A program made the position numbers and the translations under genes. This document shows positions 56,475-64,000 of a stretch of 64,000 nt of DNA, piece after piece. The DNA lies in the NCBI GenBank assembly GCA_038231275.1, contig JBBRLQ010000001.1:703307-767306 (forward strand), written 5' to 3'. The stretch is from Polyangiales bacterium. GTDB taxonomy: Bacteria > Myxococcota_A > Polyangia > Polyangiales > Polyangiaceae. Positions within the stretch are counted from its first letter, which is position 1, and the number at the start of each line of letters is the position of its first letter. The notes under the pieces are model-generated. The model was not told the DNA's origin, made no database searches, and saw nothing but the letters and a program-made list of their open reading frames with translations.

Positions 56475-57098
56475 TCAGCCTGCGGCGAGGACCGCGGCGG
56501 CCACTTCGCCGAACGATTTACCGACCACGTCGGGCGCCCCGGCGGGGCCGCCGCGAAGCGGACAAAGCTCGCAGCGATCGGTTCGGAACACGAGCGCCGT
56601 GCGCATTTTTGCGGCGCGTCCGGCGTCGAGGTCCGCGCGCGCGTCGCCGATCATCCAGCTCTTACTGCGGTCGGCGTCGAAGGCCTTCACGATCGCGTCG
56701 AGCATCCCCGGCGCGGGCTTTCGGCAATCGCACGGGCCGACCGACGGGTGGTGCATGCACACCTCCACGCGCGCGATCGTGATCCCCTCGGCAGCGAGCA
56801 TCGCGACGAGCGCGTCGTTGGTGCGCGTCACCGCCGCCGCCGTGAGCTGCCCCTTCGCCGGGCCCGGTTGGTTCGTCGCCATCGCCAGGATGAAACCTGC
56901 ACTCTGCAATGATTTGAGGCCAGAAATCACGCCGTCCAGGAGCTTCAGCTGGCTTGGATGGAACGCCGTCGAGACCGTGCCGGTCTCTTCGTCGCGGTAG
57001 ACGTCGATGAGGGTGCCGTCGCGATCGAGGATCGCCACACGCGCGGCCCCGGCCCCGCCGCCGACACCACCACCAGAAACTATTTCACGCTCTCCCAC
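56475..57098 (-). CDS. gmhB: D,D-heptose 1,7-bisphosphate phosphatase (HAD IIIA)
   Basis: LDRDGTL, TNQPG, CMHHP..CDCRKPAPGM, MIGD. Confidence 0.9.
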   Translation of the reverse strand: MGEREIVSGGGVGGGAGAARVAILDRDGTLIDVYRDEETGTVSTAFHPSQLKLLDGVISGLKSLQSAGFILAMATNQPGPAKGQLTAAAVTRTNDALVAMLAAEGITIARVEVCMHHPSVGPCDCRKPAPGMLDAIVKAFDADRSKSWMIGDARADLDAGRAAKMRTALVFRTDRCELCPLRGGPAGAPDVVGKSFGEVAAAVLAAG

Positions 57099-57679
57099 TT
57101 CGTCTTCGCCTTCTGGAGCTTGGGGTGGCTCACGAGCAAGTGCCAGATGACCGCGCAGAAGCCCTCGGTGTGCGGCGTGACGCGCGCGTCGTTCACGGTC
57201 GGGATGACCACGCAGGCGTCGCCTTCCTTCTTGGTGAAGCCGCCGTCGCGCCCGACGATGCCGAACACCTTCGCGCCGACCTCCTTCGCGAGCTCGATGG
57301 AGCGCACGAGGTTCACGCTCACGTTCTTCTCGCGGTTGCCGCCGCCGACGGAGAAGACGAGGATCGCGTCGCCCGACCGCAAGCGCGACACCTTAAGCCA
57401 CTCGCTGAAGCATGTGTCCCACCCTTCGTCGTTCACGCGCGCGGTGAGTTCGCTCACGTTGTCGGTCGGCGCGTACGCCTCGAAGCCGCAGATTTTCCGA
57501 AAATCGTTCACCGCGTGCCCGGCGTGCCCGGCCGATCCGCCGACGCCGAGGAGAAACAGCCGGCCGCCGTGATCGCGCACGTCGGCGAGGCCGGTGGCGA
57601 GCTTCTCGATTTCGGCGACGTCGAGCGCGTGAATGAGCTTGATGGATTCGTCGAGGAAGGTCTTGGCGAAGTCGGTCAT
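57080..57679 (-). CDS. gmhA: Phosphoheptose isomerase (SIS domain)
   Basis: GVGGSAGHAGHAVNDF, LTARVND, FSVGGG, GRDGG, HTE. Confidence 0.9.
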   Translation of the reverse strand: MTDFAKTFLDESIKLIHALDVAEIEKLATGLADVRDHGGRLFLLGVGGSAGHAGHAVNDFRKICGFEAYAPTDNVSELTARVNDEGWDTCFSEWLKVSRLRSGDAILVFSVGGGNREKNVSVNLVRSIELAKEVGAKVFGIVGRDGGFTKKEGDACVVIPTVNDARVTPHTEGFCAVIWHLLVSHPKLQKAKTKWESVK

Positions 57680-57706
57680 CGGGGGGAAGGGAGTGTAGCG
57701 GAAAGG

Positions 57707-57784
57707 CTACGCGTTGTCGGTCAGCTCTTGCAGCGCGACGCGAAGGAGCGCCCCGAGATCTCGACGGGCCGCTACCTCGGCCAA
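57707..57784 (-). pseudogene. Possible internally deleted remnant of a nucleotidyltransferase toxin gene
   Basis: TTG start overlapping the upstream ORF end; LAEVAARRDLGALLRVALQELTDNA*; family assignment from memory only. Confidence 0.3.
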
Positions 57785-57978
57785 GGCACGACCTTCAGAT
57801 CGCGGTCGGTTGGCGGAGGACCCTCGATCCAGGCCGCGAGTCGCGCGACGATCTCCTCCCCGCTCTCGTTCGGAAAGCGCTTCCGCAGGTTCTCGCGCAT
57901 CAGCGCGATTCCGAAGTCGGCCATCTGAAACGCCAGCAAAAACCGGCCGGCGGGCGTGCTATTCGGTTCAACGTCCAC
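57772..57978 (-). CDS. 68-aa hypothetical protein, possibly antitoxin-like
   Basis: RFLLAFQMADFGIALMRENLRKRFPNESGEEIVARLAAWI. Confidence 0.6.
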   Translation of the reverse strand: MDVEPNSTPAGRFLLAFQMADFGIALMRENLRKRFPNESGEEIVARLAAWIEGPPPTDRDLKVVPWPR

Positions 57979-58037
57979 GCGTCCATTCTAGCGCACTACG
58001 CCGTGCCTTGCCGCGAGGCGAGCGCCCATTGGAGCGC

Positions 58038-59033
58038 CTACGACCGATGAAAGTTCGCCACGATGCGCGCGCCGTCGAGATCGAAGCGGAAGCGCAAGGG
58101 CTTGAGGCCGCGCGAAATCATCGCGTCGTACAGCCGCCGCTTGTCGGTCGGGCGCGCGTAGAACATGAAGAAGCCGCCGCCGCCTGCGCCCATCAGCTTG
58201 CCGCCGATCGCGCCGGCGTTGCGCGCGGCGTCGTAGTGCTCGTCGATCGAGCTGTCGGTCATGTTGCTCGCGAGCTTGCGCTTGTTCGTCCAGTGCTCGT
58301 GGAGGAGCTCGCCGTATTTGTCGATCTCGCCGGACAGGAGAATGCGGCGCGTCTCGTAGCCGAGCTCTTTGATGCGGTGCATCTTCTGGACGGCGTCGTC
58401 TTTGTTGGCGGCGATGGTCTTGCCTTGCTCTTTGAGGACGCTCGACGCCGCGCGCTCGACGCCCGAATAAAAGATGAGGAGGTTCGACTCGAGCTCGTCG
58501 CGGACCTCCGCCTTCATCGGGACCGGCTCCACCGTGACTGTGCCGTCGGTGTTAAACGTGAACGCCGTCACGCCGCCGTACGCCGCGATGTACTGGTCCT
58601 GCTTGCCGATCGGCTCCTTGAGGACGTCGATCTCGATTTTGCACGCGGTCCGCGCGAGCTCCTCGGTCGAGACGTACTGGCGGCGGTAGGCGTGGAGGCC
58701 GTTCAAGAGCGCGACGCTGAAGGTGCTCGACGAGCCGAGACCGGAATTCGCTGGCACGTCGGCCATGCTGAAGAGCTCGACGCCCTTGTTCACGCCGACC
58801 TCGCGCATGCACTCGCGGAAGAGGCGGTGCTGCACCTCGTCGACCGTGTCGACCAGCTCGGTGTGCGAGTAGCCGAGGCGGATCTTGTCGTCGAAGCGCT
58901 CGTGGATGGCGATGAAGATGTACTTGTCGACCGCGGCCGCGACGAGGAAGCCGCCGTGCGCGTTCGCGTAGCTCGGCAAGTCGGTGCCGCCTCCGCCGAG
59001 GGAGAAGCGAACGGGAGCGCGGGAGAGGATCAC
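58038..59033 (-). CDS. hddA: D-glycero-alpha-D-manno-heptose-7-phosphate kinase (GHMP)
   Basis: SRAPVRFSLGGGGTD, PANSGLGSSS, IGKQDQY, GGKLMGAGGGGF. Confidence 0.92.
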   Translation of the reverse strand: MILSRAPVRFSLGGGGTDLPSYANAHGGFLVAAAVDKYIFIAIHERFDDKIRLGYSHTELVDTVDEVQHRLFRECMREVGVNKGVELFSMADVPANSGLGSSSTFSVALLNGLHAYRRQYVSTEELARTACKIEIDVLKEPIGKQDQYIAAYGGVTAFTFNTDGTVTVEPVPMKAEVRDELESNLLIFYSGVERAASSVLKEQGKTIAANKDDAVQKMHRIKELGYETRRILLSGEIDKYGELLHEHWTNKRKLASNMTDSSIDEHYDAARNAGAIGGKLMGAGGGGFFMFYARPTDKRRLYDAMISRGLKPLRFRFDLDGARIVANFHRS

Positions 59034-59034
59034 A

Positions 59035-59212
59035 TCAAGCCTTCGTCAGGTGCCATTCGAGTGCAGGGAGCCGGCCGCCATGGCCGAGCGGGAGCCCACC
59101 TCGAAGAACCTGTCATGGGCCAAATGGGCTCGCAAGCGCTTCTTTTCGGCGACGGCGCGCGGATCCACTTCCCGTCGTTCTCGAAGACGCTCATGACGCC
59201 GCCGCGGTCGTG
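59035..59212 (-). pseudogene. Decayed, internally deleted duplicate of the hddC 3' end
   Basis: Matches 60417-60535 and 60691-60743, including 27 identical nt TGGGCCAAATGGGCTCGCAAGCGCTTC. Confidence 0.85.
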
Positions 59213-59238
59213 ACTATTTGCCGCGGCCGCTCGGGCGG

Positions 59239-60324
59239 TTACTTGGGCGCGCGGACGATCGCGGACGTGTATGCGACGTAGACGCAGGAGGCGTCGAACG
59301 CGATGTCCGCCACTTGCCCGTACGCCGGGACGAGACCCATCGACGGTCCCGGGTGCATTCCGTCGTCGTGGGTCGTGCTGTCGATGACGGTCGAGCGCGA
59401 TCCGTCGGGCGCGACCTTCACGATCGAGAAACCATCGTCGTCGAAGTAGACGGCGCCGTCGGCGACGCCGAGGACCCATCCTCGAACGTTGCTGGCGAGC
59501 GTGGTGGGCGCGTCGCCTCCGGCAAGAAGTGCGCGCTGGATGGTGTGCTCCGACTTCGTCGCGTCGAGCCAGTACGCGCTCGCGTCGTCGGCGACGATCA
59601 CCCATGGCGAGACGCCGCGCGCGAGCACGTTCGTCGTCCCGTCGGCGAGCGAGGCGGTGGCGACGGTGTCGGTGGTCGCGAGCACGAGCGACGAGCCGTT
59701 GAACGCCGTCCGGCTTCGGCTGAGCGGCTTGTCGCCGGTGACACCAACGATGGGGACCGCCTGAACGGTGCCGTCCGCCGCGCGCCGCTGGAGACCGTAC
59801 GAGTACGGCCCGCTCCCGCCCGCCGCAGGCGTCGACGTGACCCACGCGAGCGCGCCGCCTGCCGCCGAGAGGAGGACGGGGCTATCGAGCTTCTGGAGGA
59901 GAACCGACGGCGCGCCTCCCGGCGTGACGGCGCGAATCCAGCCGCCCTTGCCGCCGGACCAATCGAAGCTTTGCGCGTCGCCGGACCAGAGGACGTCTCC
60001 GTCGCGAAAGAGGACGCGACCGTCGAAGCCGGGATCGTCCGGCCCGGTGCCGATCTTCCGCGCGTCGCCGCCGGTCAGCGGCGCGGTGTAGAGCGCGCCG
60101 TCGATGGAGTTCCACCAGGACGCGTGCGTCGCGCCGATCGCGAGGTTCCCCCAGAGGACGAAGTTGGCGCGGGCGAGGACGGTGGGCGGATCGCCCGGTC
60201 GACAGAGGAGCGGCTGGCCGTTCGCGGCGACGCGCTCGGCCGGAAGATCATCGACACCCAAGTTGGAGCGGGAGCACGCCATGACCGCGCCAAGCGCGAT
60301 ACACACGATCACCGAAGCCTTCAT
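59239..60324 (-). CDS. Putative lipoprotein with beta-propeller repeats
   Basis: Lipobox VMAC; repeats such as IVADDASAYW, GVADGAVYF, AFDASCVYV. Confidence 0.8.
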   Translation of the reverse strand: MKASVIVCIALGAVMACSRSNLGVDDLPAERVAANGQPLLCRPGDPPTVLARANFVLWGNLAIGATHASWWNSIDGALYTAPLTGGDARKIGTGPDDPGFDGRVLFRDGDVLWSGDAQSFDWSGGKGGWIRAVTPGGAPSVLLQKLDSPVLLSAAGGALAWVTSTPAAGGSGPYSYGLQRRAADGTVQAVPIVGVTGDKPLSRSRTAFNGSSLVLATTDTVATASLADGTTNVLARGVSPWVIVADDASAYWLDATKSEHTIQRALLAGGDAPTTLASNVRGWVLGVADGAVYFDDDGFSIVKVAPDGSRSTVIDSTTHDDGMHPGPSMGLVPAYGQVADIAFDASCVYVAYTSAIVRAPK

Positions 60325-60416
60325 CTTGGAACCCCTTCCGAGCGGCGAGCCTAGAACAACCGTCCTTCGGAGGGAACGATCGTCCCGGTGAGGAGTGGTG
60401 ACGCGCGACGAGCCCA

Positions 60417-61115
60417 TCAAGGAGCCTTGGTCAGGTGCCGTTCGAGCGTCGCCAGGCCCTCGGGGGAGCCGACCTCGAAGAACCGGTCGTGGGCCAAATG
60501 GGCTCGCAAGCGCTTCCTTTCGGCGAGGTCGCGCTGGACGGCGTCGAAGCCGAGCGCCTTGCCCTCCGGGAGCGCGGCGATGACGCTACGACGGATCGCG
60601 ACCGCGCCGTAGTCGATGTGATCGAACGCGGGATCCTTGGTCCCCTTCTCGTACGCGAGGAGCCACGCGCCGTCGGTGCGCACGTTCGACGGATCCCACT
60701 TTCCCTCGTTCTTGAAGACGCTCATCACGCCGTCGCAGTCGTCATGCACGCCCAGCTCGCGGAGCGGCGCGGCGTAGTCGAAGGGGAGGTAGCTGTCGCC
60801 GTACGTCACGAGGAACGTCGGCGCGAGGAGCGCGAGGGCGAGGCGGATCGCGCCGGCGGTGCCGAGGAGGTTCGGTCCCTCGCTCGAATACCGCACGCGC
60901 AGGTCGAAGCGCGCGCCGTCGCCGACGTGCTCCTCGATCTGCTCGCCGAGGTGCGCGATGCACATCACCACGTCGTCGTAACCGCACGCGGCGAGCTTCT
61001 CGAGCTGCCAGTCGACGAACGGCCGCCCCGCGACCGGGAGCATCGACTTCGGCGTGGTCAATGTGCGCGGCCGCATCCGCGTCGCGAGCCCGCCTGCGAG
61101 AATAACGGCCTGCAT
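60417..61115 (-). CDS. hddC: Sugar-1-phosphate nucleotidyltransferase (heptose-1-P guanylyltransferase)
   Basis: ILAGGLATRMRP..PKSML, LGTAGA, YGDSY, FFEVGSPE; hdd/gmh context. Confidence 0.85.
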   Translation of the reverse strand: MQAVILAGGLATRMRPRTLTTPKSMLPVAGRPFVDWQLEKLAACGYDDVVMCIAHLGEQIEEHVGDGARFDLRVRYSSEGPNLLGTAGAIRLALALLAPTFLVTYGDSYLPFDYAAPLRELGVHDDCDGVMSVFKNEGKWDPSNVRTDGAWLLAYEKGTKDPAFDHIDYGAVAIRRSVIAALPEGKALGFDAVQRDLAERKRLRAHLAHDRFFEVGSPEGLATLERHLTKAP

Positions 61116-61138
61116 TCGGGGGGCTACGTTACTCCACC

Positions 61139-61167
61139 TTGACACGCGGAGCGGTACCCACTAAGTC
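61139..61167 (+). promoter_or_regulatory. Sigma70-type promoter for tRNA-Lys
   Basis: TTGACA-17 nt-TAAGTC just upstream of the tRNA. Confidence 0.5.
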
Positions 61168-61180
61168 CCGGCTCCGCTCT

Positions 61181-61253
61181 GGGCCAATAGCTCAATTGGT
61201 AGAGCAGCGGACTCTTAATCCGTTGGCTGACAGTTCAAGTCTGTCTTGGCCCA
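61181..61253 (+). tRNA. tRNA-Lys(CTT)
   Basis: GGGCCAA/TTGGCCC acceptor, GCGGA-CTCTTAA-TCCGT anticodon arm, GTTCAAGTC T-loop; CCA not encoded. Confidence 0.95.
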
Positions 61254-61296
61254 CAAATCGCCGGAGAAAACGCACCGTGGCTTCTTTACGGTGCGT

Positions 61297-61746
61297 TGCT
61301 CTCCGTCCTCCTTGGCGGCGCAGCAGATCGTCGAGACCATCGGCCTCGACCCGCCACCCGCCCGCATGATTCGCGACCGCGACGGCATCTTCGGCAAGCT
61401 GTTCGACGCACGTGTCGAGAATCTGGGCATCGAGCCGCTGCGGATCGCGCCGCGCTCTCCCTGGCAGAACGGGTACGCGGAGCGATTCGTGGGAACGCTG
61501 CGTCGCGAGCTGCTCGACCACGTCATCGTGATCGGCGAGCGTCATCTGCTCCGGCTGCTGCGCGAGTACATCGCCTACTGCAACGGTGACCGACCTCATC
61601 TTTTACTCGACGCGGACACTCCCGCCGGGCGCGGCGTCGAACCACCCACGCTCGGCAAGGTCGTCGCTCTTCCCCGCGCCGGAGGACTCCATCATCGATA
61701 CGCGAGGGCGGCCTGAGCTCGCCCGCACGAGTTTTTCGCCACCACA
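61297..61746 (+). mobile_element. Truncated IS remnant: C-terminal integrase-core (rve) transposase fragment plus probable right end
   Basis: IRDRDGIF, PRSPWQNGYAERFVGTLRRELLDH, RPH, GGLHHRY (stop 61716); end-like GTTTTTCGCCACCACA. Confidence 0.8.
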
Positions 61747-61807
61747 GGCGCTCCTCACCAACGCGAATTGGAGCGCGCTGATGATCACGCGCCGACGAGA
61801 CCGGCAC

Positions 61808-62152
61808 TCATTCGTGCGCCGCGCGGCTGTCCGCGGGCGCTTCGTCGCGGTCGTTCATCCCGTAGTCGCGCACGACCGTCGCGATCCGCAGACGATAGTC
61901 GGCGAAGATCCGCGCGCGTCCCACGCTCTGAGCGTGGCGATGCGCTTCGACCGAGCGCCATGACTTCACGGCTTCCTCGTCGCGCCAGAACGACAACGAG
62001 AGAATCTTCTCCGGATCGCTCATGCTCTGGAACCGCTCGATTGACACGAACCCGTCGATCGCTTCGAGTCGCGTCCTCAGAGCCGCTGCGATGTCGAGAT
62101 ATTCCTGGCGTCCCCCGGGGTGGGGCTGCACCTCGAACACGACCGCGATCAC
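61808..62152 (-). CDS. Antibiotic biosynthesis monooxygenase family protein
   Basis: [31 protein letters not shown]...H..AQ. Confidence 0.92.
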   Translation of the reverse strand: MIAVVFEVQPHPGGRQEYLDIAAALRTRLEAIDGFVSIERFQSMSDPEKILSLSFWRDEEAVKSWRSVEAHRHAQSVGRARIFADYRLRIATVVRDYGMNDRDEAPADSRAAHE

Positions 62153-62490
62153 GACGCTTCCTTCACCGCGGGGAGTCCGAACGTGCCCTCCGCGACTTCG
62201 ACGAAGGTGCGTTCTTCGCGGAAGATGAAGCGACCGCTTGCCGCGGCCGCGAAGTTTCGGCGGCCCTCGTCATCGGCGCGAAGACGCGCGCGGTACGACT
62301 CGTAGGCCGCGAGGCTCTCGAACGCGATCACGCCCCACGCCACGTCGTTCGTCCCTTCGTGCGGCAGGAAGTAGCCGACGAGGTGCCCTCCACACCGCGG
62401 GATGACGCGGCCCCACGTTTCGGCGTAGCGCGCGAACGCCTCGCGCTGGCACGGATCGATCTGGTAGCGAATGAAGACGGCGATGGTCAT
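62149..62490 (-). CDS. NIPSNAP family protein
   Basis: [27 protein letters not shown]. Confidence 0.9.
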   Translation of the reverse strand: MTIAVFIRYQIDPCQREAFARYAETWGRVIPRCGGHLVGYFLPHEGTNDVAWGVIAFESLAAYESYRARLRADDEGRRNFAAAASGRFIFREERTFVEVAEGTFGLPAVKEAS

Positions 62491-62574
62491 GAGCAAACCT
62501 TAGCGCCGCAGATGCCCGCGATGCTTTTGCGCGGGCTTGAGCGTCATCGCCTGAAGGTCGCTACACTTCACCGC

Positions 62575-63273
62575 ATGACGAAGTACGCCATCGCCGATGC
62601 CGCCGCGCTCGTCGGCGAGCCGACGCGTGCCGCCATCCTCCTCGCGCTGCTCGACGGAAGGGCGCTTCCCGCCGGCGAGCTCGCGGGCGCAGCGAATCTG
62701 TCGCTGGCGGCGACCAGTCTTCACCTTGGCAAGCTCACGCGCGGCGGGCTCCTCGTCGTTCGTCAGCAGGGTCGACATCGGTACTATCGGCTCGCGAGCG
62801 AAGACGTCGCGCACGCGCTCGAAGCGCTCGGCGTGATCGCGTCGCAACGTCCGCGCGCGCCGCCAGCGCTTTCGCACTCGCCGCTGCCCGAGAGAGCGGC
62901 CTTGCGTGCGGCGCGCACTTGCTACGATCACGTGGCGGGAGCTCTTGGCGTTGCGCTCGCGACGAAGATGGAGCGCGAGGGAGCCCTGCGCGTCGAGGAC
63001 GACCGCACGTACGCTATTACCCAGCACGGCTCGACATGGTTGTCAGACGTGCTCGGCGTCGACGTCGCGTTGATCGTCGCCGGCCGGCGGCCAATTGCGC
63101 GTCGATGTCTCGATTGGACGGAGCGGCGCGCGCACGTCGCAGGCGCACTCGGTGCCGCGGTACTCGAGCGCCTCTTGGCGATGCGGTGGGTCGCAAAAAC
63201 CTCCTCGCGTGCACTGCGTATTACGACGCGGGGCCGCGAATCGTTCGCGCGGCTCGCCGTCGACGGATGCTGA
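62575..63273 (+). CDS. ArsR-family transcriptional regulator
   Basis: VGEPTRAAILLALLDGRALPAGELA, QGRHRYYRL, ARTCYDHVAG, CLDWTERR.H. Confidence 0.92.
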   Translation: MTKYAIADAAALVGEPTRAAILLALLDGRALPAGELAGAANLSLAATSLHLGKLTRGGLLVVRQQGRHRYYRLASEDVAHALEALGVIASQRPRAPPALSHSPLPERAALRAARTCYDHVAGALGVALATKMEREGALRVEDDRTYAITQHGSTWLSDVLGVDVALIVAGRRPIARRCLDWTERRAHVAGALGAAVLERLLAMRWVAKTSSRALRITTRGRESFARLAVDGC

Positions 63274-63389
63274 GCGTGGCACGAGGCGAGGGTTCATATT
63301 CGTCGGCGATGACCATCATGGACGGCGTAGGACAGCGGCCCTCTGCAAGCGTCGATGTCGGCTATGGCGACGGCAGCGAGGACGGCGGC

Positions 63390-63560
63390 GACTTCATCGC
63401 GCCGTCGGCGGACCACGCCGCCATCCGCTGGTACGAGAAGTTGCTCGGCCGCGTTCGATGATCGGGGAATGAACGAGGCCGCCGAGTGGAGGCGCCCCGG
63501 CGGCGGAGGAACTCAACTCGTCCTCGACGCGACGCGCGCGGGCCACTCGATGTGGGGACC
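63390..63560 (+). pseudogene. Frameshifted VOC/glyoxalase-family fragment
   Basis: DHAAIRWYEKLLGR in one frame continues as FDDRGMNEAAEW..QLVLDATRAGHS in another. Confidence 0.5.
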
Positions 63561-64000
63561 CAATTTGGTCCACCGACATCCACTCGACCCGAGCTCCCGC
63601 CTTGTCGCGTGTAACGGGTTTTAGGTAAACCCCGCCGTTACCGCCCGCATGGCTTTGCATTTCCTACCCCCCCAGGAGGGCCACGAGGAGCAGGCGCCGG
63701 AACGCCGCGGCGCGCGCGCCGGAGACGCGCCCCGATCGATCGGTGCGCGCGTGTGGGGTCGGGTCGAAAGCCACGTCGGCCACGTACCCTTTCCCGACGC
63801 CGTTCGCATTCGTACGGGCGCCAGTGTGCAAGCTCTCGCCCGACAGCCCACGAGCCGAGGGGGCCGCATCGCCGACGACGAGGCTCACCGAAACGCCCAG
63901 CCCACCCAGAAACGCGCACGCGGACGCAAGCCCGGGCCCTGCGAGATCGCCCAGCCATAGGGCATCCCGCCGTCGTCGATCCTCCCGATGATGGGCGCCC

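Noticed and set aside
39339-61115. Standard O-antigen/capsule cluster
   Set aside because: No flippase, polymerase, ABC exporter, ligase or initiating transferase was recognised in the window; they could still be encoded elsewhere
63621-64000. Several short ORFs at the window end
   Set aside because: No recognisable motifs or consistent codon bias; a CDS call cannot be supported

Overview
High-GC (about 70%) bacterial DNA. The gene content (TIGR02266-type PilZ protein, three Ser/Thr kinases, PEGA/TPR proteins, many Cys-rich lipoproteins) points to a Polyangiales-like myxobacterium, which is inference. Positions 1-39 kb hold mixed housekeeping and signalling genes: deoxyhypusine-synthase family, amidase, PilZ pair, HEAT + HD-GYP, tRNA-Gln, ECF sigma, PP2C, S9 peptidase, gluQ, kinases, gpmI, rnhA. 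Positions 39.3-61.1 kb form a large glycosylation locus. It encodes a TMTC-like (eukaryotic protein O-mannosyltransferase-like) membrane protein, two further GT-C-type transferases, an AT3 acyltransferase and two DPM-synthase-like GT2s fused to methyltransferase(-like) domains. It also has two GMD paralogues, a sugar C-methyltransferase, more methyltransferases and a complete transaldolase-GmhA-HddA-GmhB-HddC GDP-heptose pathway, but no visible Wzx/Wzy/ABC exporter. It is the best candidate for an undescribed system: lipid-P-sugar-dependent extracytoplasmic (possibly protein O-) glycosylation with a methylated deoxy-sugar or heptose. The window ends with tRNA-Lys followed by an IS remnant and an ABM/NIPSNAP/ArsR module, which looks like an island edge. 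No CRISPR array was found. Product calls come from motif recognition by eye, and no database searches were run.
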